Below, piece by piece: positions 1 to 11,880 of a DNA stretch of 64,000 nt. The notes under the pieces are model-generated. The model saw only the letters and a list, made by a program, of their open reading frames with translations. It searched no databases and had not been told where the DNA came from. The DNA is from the human T2T-CHM13v2.0 reference genome, Homo sapiens, in NCBI RefSeq assembly GCF_009914755.1, contig NC_060946.1, one strand, 5' to 3'. Positions within the stretch are counted from its first letter, which is position 1. Each line of letters starts with the position of its first letter. The translations under genes and the position numbers were made by a program.

Positions 1-514
1 GAGCAACAAGGGAGACAGCCAGTTCATAGTTCCTTACGCATGGAGCCAAAGGACCTTCAATGTACAAGGTCTGAGCAAGGACCCGCAGCCACATGTGCTT
101 CCTGCTTCAGCAGTGCCCCGTGGGTCTCAGAGCTACCCAAAGGCCTATCCTTCCGAGAGGTTTCTCCTCTCTCCCAACTGATGTCATACGTCTCATCTTC
201 CTTGTCATTCAGATCATCAACCACAAACGTCCTTGCCTTATATTTTCATATCCCTTTTCACCAGTTACAGGGTTAGTTAACTTACGAAATTCTTAACATC
301 TGCATTAGATCTTTTTAAAGTTTCACCCTCAACCACCTATTATTTAGAAGTGAACACAGAAATTTAGTTTCCTTGTGCTATCTGTTGACCCCTAAAATAT
401 GCTGGGAGTTTTGGGATTTTTTTCAAAGTCAAATGCATGGCATAAAGCAAAATTACACTACTAAAGAACTGAGTCAGGCCAGACGCTGGCAACGTGAAGA
501 CAGCTTCTCCTTAC

Positions 515-892
515 CCACTAGGTTCATCTTTGCACTGTAACTCCCAAAGTATTGCTTCTCGGTGCTGGGTGTGTGGCATTCATATTCCCCGGCATCCCGG
601 GCCTGAAGATCTGTGATGTGCAATAGGGTTGGGTTCCCCTGGACTCTTTCTATGAAGATCTTCCCTCCGCGGACGCGCTGGGTGTAGATGGCATAGGGGA
701 AGGAAGAGTCCATGGTGCTGACGATCTGCACCTCTCGCTCTGGCGACGAAGGCAGGTAAATGGACCACTGGAAATTCTGTTCAGAAGGTCCCTGGTAGCC
801 ACTCACATTGCACCAGATAGTGATGTGGGAGCCCTCCGTGCGGTACAAGGGTCCTTCTTGAACGGTGACCTGCCGCTGTGCTGACACCACAC
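515..892 (-). pseudogene. IGSF3: IGSF3-derived exon encoding the first Ig V-set domain (partial duplicate, IGSF3 pseudogene)
   Basis: Translates GVVSAQRQVTVQEGPLYRTEGSHITIWCNVSGY...DAGEYECHTPST..YFGSYSAKMNLV. Acceptor TTTCTCTCCCTCGTAG ends at 893; donor GTAAG starts at 514; 378 nt, phase 1-1. Differs from recalled IGSF3 at NST>NPT and STDK>STEK. I could not find the ATG/signal-peptide exon in the window. Confidence 0.92.
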
Positions 893-1999
893 CTACGAGG
901 GAGAGAAACACACGCAACATGCTCACTTACTTCTCAGACCAAAATGCAAAGTAGGCAGCAATCTCCAAAGGGTTTGTTATTTGTGTGACATGATAATAAT
1001 ATAAACAGCTTACTGGCCCTTTCAAAGGCACTCTGTGATTTATAAATATTAATTAAAACACTCTGTGGTAAAGCACTGTCCCTAATTTGCATATATGGGA
1101 ATTTGATCATGCCAAGATGTGCTTTTGTTACTTATTCAACAGCTGACCCTTGGGAATTTCATTTAGCCCCTCTGTTTGTCATGTATACGGCAGTTTTATA
1201 TCTATTTATTAATGCTGTGTATAAAGTTTTTAATAAAATAAGCAGGAAAAGTTGAATCCTTGGCACAAATTCAGATGAAAACAAATAAAAGCAACCATCT
1301 AGGAATCTGGCTGAAATTAAATGCTTCTTCCTTGGTCCGAGTGCTGGTGGGAGGGAGTCCTGGGAGCACCTTTTTACTGGTGCTGCACCCTTCATTTTCC
1401 CATGTAGCTGCTCCCCAACACCACCCCAAGGAGCATTCCTTAGTTTCTCTTCCCTCCATAAATGGAGGCAGAGCTGAGCTCCTGCAGGCTGCTATCGTTT
1501 TAAGCTGAGCACACCCAAATACAAATGTGAAGGGCTGAAACAGATCCCTGATGCCCAGATTCCCACAAACTGACAAAGGGGGGAACTAACAGTGCCCAGC
1601 TAAACCTGTGACAAGGACAGTCAGGCTACCCTTGAGTTTCCCACTCAAGACTCCCCCGCTGACCTCCTGCCTTCTGGCTCAGATACTGTTCTCCAAGGTC
1701 ACTTCTGCCTGCCTTCTCCATGTTCTTCTTAAAGTGGCATGGTGAGTTTAATTTCTCATTTCGTGCCAACTCAACATTGATTGTGCCTGAGCCACTCAGA
1801 AGGTGGGAGGGGGCACACCCCTGCCTCTTCATTTCGGCAGTGGTCACGTACTGCAGGTTGTGAAAAGCGCAGGTGAGTTATAGGCGCAGCTTTGCCACCA
1901 ATTAGAGCTGGTTGTGTCATCTCAGACAACTTGCTTTTCTTCTCCAGACCTTGATCTTCTCATCTATCACATGATTTCTAAGAACGCTTTAGAGAGCAC

Positions 2000-2193
2000 T
2001 AGCATGGGTTCCGATGCTGGCTTTGTCACTTATTAACTGTGATCTTGGATAAGCTGCTTAACCTCTCTAAGCCTCAGTTTTCTCATCGGTAAGATGGGGA
2101 TAATAATGCCTGTCTCATAGGGTTATTGAGAAGATTTAGTAACATCTGTAAAGACCCTAGCACAGAGCCTAGCCCACAATCAGTCCTCAACAA
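2000..2193 (+). mobile_element. MIR SINE
   Basis: Core ctgtgatcttggataagctgcttaacctctctaagcctcagttttctcatcggtaagatgggga and MIR 3' end. Confidence 0.8.
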
Positions 2194-2825
2194 AGAGCTG
2201 CTGGCTAAGACATATTTCTGCTGGAACATTCTGTGGCTCTGGATCCATAGAGGACAGGATTTGGCCAATGACTGCTTAAGGACATTTCAACGGCCCCTTG
2301 ACAATGACACCATCACTGGGCTGCCCACCTCATCCCACAGCTGCAGCCCATTCTTGTGATAGCTTCCCTTTTCCCCCACAAATGGGAATGGCGGCTGCCC
2401 TGGCTATGCCTATCTGAAGTGGATCCAGCTGGTGAACAGCCGGGACAGCTCAAATACTAGTGGAGTGCAGCTCTCTGCCCAGCCCAGCAGGTGACTGTGC
2501 CTCAGTGTAAGCTAATCTAATCTGCAAGATGACAGACCTCAAAACGGCCCATACAATGAAATGCCCATGGCTTGCAAAACTTTAATTCATGCAGAACCTT
2601 TCCTCACAAACAAAATCTTACACAGCACCCCATCTTGGCTTCAGCAGAACCAGGAAAAATAAAAAATTGGCAGGGGAAGGAAATAAACAGAACAAGTGGT
2701 ATCTGAATTTATTTGATATATTCTGGTTGATGGCATTAATTATGACATTTAAAGTCACCATGAGGACAACTCATTAGTAATATCAGTATGTTAAAATATG
2801 GTGCATAACATTTTTAATATATGTA

Positions 2826-3139
2826 CAGTCATGCACTGAATAACATTTCAGTCAATGAGGAAACACATGTGCAACAGTGATCCTGTAAGATTATAATGGA
2901 GCATATATAGAGATCTAATATATGGCACTTAATGTTGGCATGGCAGATCAAGTATGGGAAATGACTGATATTTAGTAACAGTGCTGGGACATTTGATTTT
3001 CCATAATAAAATATATAAATGAAAATATATATCCCATCTAGATTTGTTGAAATACACCCTATGATGTTCACACAAGAATGAAATTGCCTAATGATGCATT
3101 TCTTAAAACATGTCCCCATCATTAAGTGACCCATGACTG
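2826..3139. mobile_element. Tigger3/Golem-type non-autonomous DNA transposon (TcMar-Tigger)
   Basis: Termini CAGTCATG...CATGACTG with TA target duplications at 2824-2825 and 3140-3141. Confidence 0.8.
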
Positions 3140-3347
3140 TATACACACACACATATGGTGACACTTAAATCAAATGATTGCAGTATTCCTGAAACACAGA
3201 ACATTTTGCAAACAATTTACCTACATTCATAACATTAGGCATCCTTAGAATTGCAGTGTTCTATGACAGAGCAACTACAACCAACCCCCATCCATCTCCT
3301 GCAAAGAAGGCTGGAGGCAGGTCAGGGTACACCAGCATCTTCAAGAA

Positions 3348-3500
3348 CTGCTTCTCAATCCTGGACCTACACTGGAATCACCTGGGGAGCTTTAAAAAAA
3401 ATAACAGTGCCTGGATCCCACCTGACATAACTGGTCTTAGGATTAATTAGGGTTTTTTTTGAAGCTCCACAGATGATTCAAATCAGGTGTAGCAAAGCAC
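3348..3500. mobile_element. MER5-like hAT-Charlie remnant
   Basis: gcttctcaatcc...ggaatcacctggggagctttaaaaaa...gaagctccacagatgattc motifs. Confidence 0.55.
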
Positions 3501-4505
3501 TGTTACTTTAAAGTGTCTCTACCTACATGGTGCCAGCCAAGTGCTCAAATGAAATATCTTAAGGCTCTCACTGGCTTTAAGTTTCTCTCTTTGGTAGAGA
3601 CCCAATCACTGGTTCAAGGAAGTTTCATTCTCCTCCAGTCTTCCCCAGTGCAAAAGAAAACAGCTGAGACCCATCAGATACTGGCTTTTGTGATGCAATA
3701 ATGAGTTTAACCAGAATGCATCCGATTTACAGACCTTACAAAGGCACTAGGCCAGCGGATCATGCACGTCCTCCCCACCCAAAGGTAAACAGTGTTAAGT
3801 GGCCTGAATGAGCCAGGACAGCAGGGTCAAATCAACTTGTCTAGGCTGGAAGCAGGTTATAAACAATCCGGACAAATAAATAACTACTGAATTGCACTTT
3901 AACCACACACATTCAGCTGCACCTGTTTATTAAATACCTCCTTAATTTCCCTCTGCCCCACAAAGGGCTTCTGACCCCTGAAAATAATGCTTCTCAACAT
4001 AAAAAGAATTGTTTTCTTCTTGGCAGTTTAATTCCCCTTCCACACATCCCACCCCACCATTTCCCTATAATGGTAATACCCCGCTGTGCAGACCTCTGCT
4101 GCCTCCAAAGAGACACAGGCGCCCAACCCTGACCAGGGCATCCTCTGACCCACAGCCCCTCTATCTCCCCTCTCAGCCTACAATAGAAAGTTCCTCCCAG
4201 GCAAGGATCATTTTTTTTAAATAACTTTTTTAACTTTAGACATTCTGTACTCTTTGGATTACTCTGCAATAAGCAAATATGACTTCTGTAACATAAAAAG
4301 AAAGATCAAAATGTTATATATAACTGCATGAAAAGAACTAGAAAGAAAATACTAGGTGACAGGATGGCAAGTGATTTTTATTTTTTTCTTAATATTTTAC
4401 TCCTTCCCCCAGTCCTCTGCAATGAGTATGTACCAGTTTTATAACTAGAAAAAAATTTTAGCCAAAAAGAAAAATAATGCATGTTTGCTATATAAAATTC
4501 ACTAC

Positions 4506-4950
4506 TGTAGTATATATATATATACATACATACATATTTGGTCTTTGTCCCCAGTTCCTGGCACTGAGCTCCTAAACCCCTTGGAACTTCCTAAGCAATG
4601 GGAGTACCTTTTGTTATTTATAAGAAGCCCCTTTTGGCCATCCCAGAGTTTATGCTAACGAGGTGACTGAAGGTGAGCACGGAGGCAGTTTCAAGGAAGG
4701 AGCTGGCCACGCTTAGAATTGTGGAGTTTTCAGCCCCGCCCTTAGACCTCCAAGGACAAGAGGGGGACCGCAGATTGATCCAATCAGCATTGGTCAGTGA
4801 TTTGATCAGTCATACCCACGTAATGAAATCCCATATGAAAACCCTAAATAATGGAGTTAGGAGAGCTTCTGGGTGCTGGAAGCGGCGTGCACCAGGAGAG
4901 GGCATGGGCAGTGAGCACTACTCCCCTCTCAGACCTTGCCCTATGCACTA
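4506..4950 (+). mobile_element. LTR fragment (MER21-like)
   Basis: ggtctttgtccccagttcctggcactgagctcctaaaccccttggaa resembles MER21-group LTRs; family called by eye. Confidence 0.5.
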
Positions 4951-6080
4951 AATAGGACTGACCTATGTGACCAATAGGAAATGCACAAATGGTGGAATGT
5001 GACTTCCAGGGCTAGGTCATAAAAAGACAAGCACGATGTTATGAGGACATCAAAGCAGCCATATGGGGAGGACCCCATGAGGCCTCCTGCCAGCAGCTAG
5101 CACTAACTTGGCTAGCATGTGACTGGAAGTAGATTCTCCAGCCTCAGTCAACTCAGTCAAGCCTTCAGATAATGTCAACCCCAGGCATCTTTTTGTTGTT
5201 GTTGAGACAGGGTCTCACTCTGTCACCCAGGCTGGAGTGCAGTGGTGCAATCATAGCTCACTGCAGCCTTGACCTCTGAGGCTCAAGTGACCCTCCCACA
5301 TCAGCCTCCTGAGTATCTGGGACCACCAGCACACACCACCATGCCTGGCTAACTTTTTTATTTCTTATAGAGATGGGATGATATGGTTGGGGTCTGTGTA
5401 CCCACCTAAATCTCACGTTCAATTATAATCCCCAATGTTAGAGGTGGGGCCTGGTGGGAGGTGACTGGATCACAGGAATGGATCTTTCATGAATGATTTA
5501 GCATCACCCTTTTGGTGCTGTGCTCGTTAGAGTTCTCCCAGTATCTAATTGTTTAAAAGTGTGTGGCACCTCCCCCCTCTCTCTCTTGCTCCTGCTTTGG
5601 CCATGTAAGGCGTGCCTGCTTCCCCTTCACCTTCCACCATGATTGAAAGTTTCCTGTGCTTGCCCCAGAAGCTGAGCAGATGCCAGCATTATGCTCCCTG
5701 AACAGCCTGTGGAACTGCGAGACAATTAAACCTCTTTTCTTTATAAATTCTCCAGTCTCATGTATTTATAGCAATGTGAGAACTGACTAATACATAGGGT
5801 CTCACTGTGTTGCCCAGGCTGGTCTCAAACTCCTGGGCTCAAGTAATCCTCCTGGCTTTGCTTCCCAGAGTGTAGAGATTACAGGCATGACCACTGAACC
5901 TGCCCCTTTCCCCCCAACAACATCTTGATTGCAACCTCCTAAGAGACTCCGAGTCAGAAGTATCCAGTTAAGATGTTACTGACTTTCTGAACCACAGAAA
6001 CTGTGAGATAATAAACATCTATTGTTCCTTTAAGCCTTAAGTTTGGGGCTTTTTTTTTTACACCAATATATAACTAATGT
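4950..6080. mobile_element. Nested repeats: MLT1-type MaLR LTR interrupted by a minus-strand AluJ (about 5190-5905), itself interrupted by an MST LTR
   Basis: MLT1-like pieces at about 4950-5190 and 5920-6080; Alu halves at 5190-5378 and 5795-5905 join in register. Confidence 0.65.
5379..5794. mobile_element. MSTA/MSTB solo LTR (MaLR)
   Basis: Starts TGATATGGTT..CCCACCTAAATCTC, ends GACTAATACA; TG...CA termini. Confidence 0.8.
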
Positions 6081-7842
6081 AGACACCTGCAGTCCCTAAG
6101 ATTGAATGCAAAATTGTGTTACATACACATGAGTGTGTTCTTCTGGGAAAAGAGTCCATAAACTTCAAAAGATTCTCAAAGGAATCCAAGACCCAAAAAG
6201 ATTAAGAAACATTGCATCAGACAATAAATTGTCAATGAGCAAGGTCCTGTCCTTTTAGATTGGGTTTTGAAATCACCCATCCCACAAATATATGATACCA
6301 CTTAACTAGTTTTTCAAGATATTTCTTGTTCAAAGATGCTCCCACTTTTTCTTTGTGCTCAAGTCCTAGATAAACCTGGCTAGGGGCAGGAGGTATGATT
6401 CAGGAGTTAGTGAGCCGGGAGGGCTCACTGTGCCTGGGAAAGCCAGCTTCTCATGAATTTTTGGAATATGCCTTGGCTCAGAAACCTACCTCTCTAGGCA
6501 CAGGATCCAACTTATACGTTCAAGATGCGTGACTGAGCATGTGAAAGTGTCAGAGGGATCGACCTCACCATTTTACATCTACTTTTCCAGTTGTGGCCCC
6601 TACAATCATCAAGGCTCATTCGGCACCATGCTCCTCCAAATTCTGCATGCGACTCAGCCACACTAATATCTTTCTTCATCTATAAGATGAAAGTAATACA
6701 ATGCACCATGTAGCAAACTCACAGGAGACCCTAGAGATCAAATAACACTGTGAAAGCCACCAAATGAATATTTTAAAATTTTATCTCATTTCTGCCAAGG
6801 TGAGATATCAATCTAAAAACAGGATAAATCTTTGTAAGTACAAGAACATTAAAAAGAACATTAAGTTTGGGTTAAAAATGCAAAACTGCATATGCAGGAA
6901 AATTACGTTAAAAAAAAAAAAATCCTACACCTACAAAAACAACCAAACAAAACATTGATGATACTGGGCTGATTCACTGAATGGTGAGAATATGAGTGAT
7001 TTTCTCCTCTCCTATTTTTCTCAATACCTTTTCTCTATTATCTCCTTTTTTAAATAAGCAAGTATATATTGTTCTAAACCGAAGATAAATGATCATGAGC
7101 AGCACTTTCCCAGGCACTGTCCTAGTTGCTCTGCATACATCATCGCATTTAATCCTCACAACAGTGAATGGGGTCGATTTCATTACAGCCACATTTACCA
7201 GACAAGGAAATGGTTTTCAAGGTTAAGTAACCTTCTCATGACACAGAATGTGACTAAGAGTTTTCTTATTCCATGGCTCACACTAAATGTGCTCTGTGAA
7301 TATCAGTGAGAAGTAATAAAGCACTGACTGGATTTTCTTGGTCACCGGGTCCTAAAAGAAATGATGGGGAATCTATGCAGTCCCAAGTTAAAAATGGGAA
7401 CTGAACTGAGCTGCCACAGCATGCTGAATAGGTGGAGTCCAGGCCAACTAAGTGCTTCATGGAACTTAAAGGCTCCAGAGGGAAAGCAATCGGGAAGGCA
7501 CTTCCACAGGCACATCGGTGACAACTTCTGGGGATTCTTACCTGTCAGCCTTCAGCCAAGGAAGGACAGGAAGTGGCATGGGCTAAAAGATCCTTTGTTT
7601 GACCTCTTTCCAGATCAGGTGACAGGAAAACACAACACTTGAACCTTTCCAATAAGGACAGCCAGCACTTACTGAGCCCCAGCCAGGTAACTGACACTGT
7701 TCCAAGTACTCTGCTTGTATAACCAGCTTTAACCTTGCAACAGCCCTCTGAGGTAAATACTCCTAGTGACCTCACTTTACGGATGCAGAACCTGAGGCAA
7801 GGAGTTAGGGAGTAAATGAAGCTGGCTAAAGGCACTTGCACT

Positions 7843-8086
7843 GGCCAGGCACAGTGGCTCATGCCTGTAATCCCAGCACTTCCAGATGGATCACTTGAGG
7901 TTAGGGGTTCGAGACCAGCCTGGCCAACATGGTGAATCCCCAGCTCTACTAAAAATACAAAAATTAGCCGGGTGTGATGGCACACGCCTGTAATCCCAGC
8001 TACTCAGGAGGCTGAGGCAGGAGAATTGCTTGAACCTGGGAGATGGAGGTTGCAGCAAGCCGAGATCGCACCACTGCACTCCAGCC
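7843..8086 (+). mobile_element. AluS, 3' truncated with internal deletion
   Basis: ggccaggcacagtggctcatgcctgtaatcccagc...; no poly(A) tail. Confidence 0.85.
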
Positions 8087-8186
8087 CACTCGGTCAATGT
8101 CACTGCCATCAAGGGACAGTCTAACCAAGGTCCAGATGGCACAAGTGGAGCCATAAAACCAGGACAGCTTGAGGTTCAGCTTCCTA

Positions 8187-8670
<484 letters not shown>

Positions 8671-8774
8671 TCTTGAAACAGCCATCAACTCCCATGTGAT
8701 AAATGCACTGCCACAATCCAGCAGCAAACCTAAAGTTCGGAGTGAATTCCTAAGTCTTCGCCTTCACTGACTTC

Positions 8775-8945
8775 CCACAGCATGGGCAGTAGCTGTGAGA
8801 CCTTGGGCTGGTTACTTAACCTCTCTGCACCTCAGTTTCCTCATCTGTAAAGTGGTATAATCGTCACAGTGTTATGGAAGGATTTAATGAGTTGCTACAT
8901 TTAAAACTTAATTCCTGGCACACAATAAGTGCTCAATAAATGTTT
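8775..8945 (+). mobile_element. MIR SINE
   Basis: ctgtgagaccttgggc..ttacttaacctctctgcacctcagtttcctcatctgtaaa...gtgctcaataaatg. Confidence 0.8.
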
Positions 8946-9016
8946 AGCCGCTAGTTGCAGTAGTAGCAATAGTAGTGATATTAACTCTAGCTGTGGAACT
9001 AATTTCTCCCACACAC

Positions 9017-9556
9017 CGTGGCAGGTTGTATTCTCCAGACACAGCAGTAACAATATCTCCTTCCCACACGCTCTTTTGCAATGTGACCATGCCACACACT
9101 CCCATCAAGAGGTGGAGTTTAGAATAATTCCCTCCTCTGTGGATCTGGGCAGGAAGTCACTGTGTGACTTCCAGTCCTAGGTCATGAAAAGTGATGTAGC
9201 TTCCATTTCACTCAGGGTGCCCTGAACCACCACATAAGAAAGCCAACGGTCCTGAGGCCATACTGTGAGGGGGCCCAAGGCACATGGAGAGGCCCTGGGC
9301 AGGTGCTCCAGTCCAGAGCTGGCTCCAGCCAGGTCCCCCTGCCACCAAGTGAGTGAATGAGCCAATCACCACCCAGCTCCACCTGCCACCATGTGAGTGA
9401 ACAAGCCTCCCCTGTGAGCTGCCCCCAGCCTCGGAACTTCCAGCCATGCCTGCCGTGCCTGTAAATTCTCAACCCCCAGATTCTGTGAGCATAACAAAAT
9501 TGTTGTTTTAAGCCACTGAGGTTGGGAAACATTTGTTACATAGAAAGGTAACAAGA
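9017..9556. mobile_element. MLT1-type MaLR LTR
   Basis: tgtggcaggttg start; ttttaagccactgaggttggg...tttgttaca end motifs. Confidence 0.65.
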
Positions 9557-11863
9557 ACATATGCTATGGCTTCAATCAACATTTTTTTCAGTACCTATTA
9601 TGATGGACACTAGGACAGAAACTGTGAGGGAGAGATTAATAAGACATAGTTGACAAGTTGTCCTAAGCTGACAATCCTAAAATAAATACACATAACTAAT
9701 CATTTTAATGGTATACGATAGCAGTGAGGTGCAAAGTGCAAGGTTAAGCCCTTTCAGAAAGTGAAAGCATTCAAAAAGCCTTCAAAAAAGTAGTGACATC
9801 TGAATTGGGTCCCAAAGCGCAAGGGAAATATATACCACATGAAAACACCGCAGTGCATTCCAGGATTAGCAAGAAATTTGCGGAGGTCGTTTTGTCACAT
9901 GACTGGAGGGCACATCAGTGCCAGGCGGAAAAGGGCACCGAAAGGCACATTAATAAAGTCAAACACCTCCTCTGGGACAGGGGAAGTTGAGAAAGAGCCT
10001 AACAGAGGTAAGGAAGAAGACGGATCAGATTTACACTTTCGAATTATCACTCTGGTGGCAGGTGAAGGACAGAGCAGAGGGCAGGACTGGAAGCAGACAG
10101 ACCAAATTCACAGTCAAATGCGACAAGATGAGGGCCTGGCCTAGTTTTAAATCCAAGGACAAAAATATCATTCATTCACTCTTTCATTCTTTCTCTTATC
10201 TGAATCCCCAGTGGTACCTAAAATAGAGCTGGTCTAAAGATGATGATTAATGAATGTTAAATTATTGATACTACTTCTAAGAAGATGTAACTGCCAGCTA
10301 CAGAACCAGCCAAAAGGACTGCAAACCCAGTAATTCATTTCATCCCAACCTGACTGATCTCTCTGATGTCTGCACTGCTGTGTCACTAGACTGCCTGATT
10401 GTCCTAGGTTGAGACATTTACCTACTGAGCCCCAGGGATGGGTGGCTGCTTCTAAGCTGCTGCCTAATTCCCTCATTACTAAATGTTGACGCTGCTTCCT
10501 TAGAGGACTGCTAAACCATAACTCAAAAATGTTTTAAACATGCTACTATTTACTTAGATTAGAATATTTACTTAAATGTTTTAAAAAATACAGTATTTTA
10601 AGTCTTTTATCTCTTCTGACTACTACCACTAACCCTGCTTCCCCTCATTTTTCCAGAGATTAGCACTACTGTGATTTAAGGATAGAGCTCTCCAGACTTA
10701 AAAAAAAAACAAAAAACTGCTTTTATATCTAGATATATGTAACCACTGAAAAATATACATTATTTTTCAGCATTTTTTACATAAACATTATCATCCCTTT
10801 CATTGAGTTATGTTCCTCAGTTTTCCTCCTCAAAGTTTTTGAGATCAAATATAGTTCCCATTTTTCTTCTTTATATAGCTGCACAGTATTCCATCATAGG
10901 ATTACACCACATTTTATTTATTCCAATATTAATGAATATTTAGGTTATTTATAGTTTTTTTTCTATAACCAACAAGCCCATGCCTTCTACTGCTTATCCT
11001 TTCCCCACCTGAATTTGTACAATCCCCAGCTTCTCTTATCCATGACCACTGAAACCCCAGGGAAGACCTTATCACTTTCAGGATGTCCATGGCTCTTTCA
11101 CCCTATGCCATGCTTGGAACCAGGAAAGCCCAAAAGACCCCACTTCCTGCCCTTCTATTCTGCTCCTCCTCTCCTATCGCTCATTTCTTTGCCTCTATCC
11201 TCCACTCCTCCCAGCAAAGGTAGGGATAGCACCTGAGTCCTGCCACCCTCTCACCTGCATTCCCCCTCACTCTCATGCGAAGGACAGCACAGAAGCAGCA
11301 TCAAAAAAGAAAGGCAGCGAGGGAGCCCTGCAGCCTGCCCTAGGCCAGCCATGCCCACAGCCACAGGAATAGACACTGTTTTCAGCCCCACCTAGATTCA
11401 AGGCAGCATCTAATAGAAATGCTTATAAGTAAATATAAGTGCCAGTATTTGCCTTCTATTTTCTAGAGGGGAAAAAAATTAAAAGGCAAGATCAGATTAC
11501 TTGCCTGGAAATGTTCTCCCTGTAATTACTCTGACCGCTCTTTCTTTCCCTCCGGTTTTGGAGATAATGGAAATAGGCTGAGTGTTGGGCATTTTTTTTT
11601 TTAAAGAGGGCAGCTTCATGGCAACACTCCCTCTGAGAAGTCCAGAGGCTCAGTGAACCGCAGCTTAGAGTGAGTTCCAGTAAAAGGACCATCACTTGAA
11701 CCAGTAAGTGCCTCATTCCTTCTCACAGCATACATTTCACAGCAATTACTGTTGCTATTATTTTACGCTTCATTTCTGGACCTAGGATACCTCAGTTTCT
11801 CCAGACTCTCAGTCTGGTCCCCAGGTTTTCAGTCTGGGAGAAAGGTGTCTGCTGGATTTCAAA

Positions 11864-11880
11864 CAGTCCCTCTACTGGCC
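11864..11880 (-). promoter_or_regulatory. CTCF-like motif
   Basis: Minus strand GGCCAGTAGAGGGACTG; motif match only. Confidence 0.3.
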
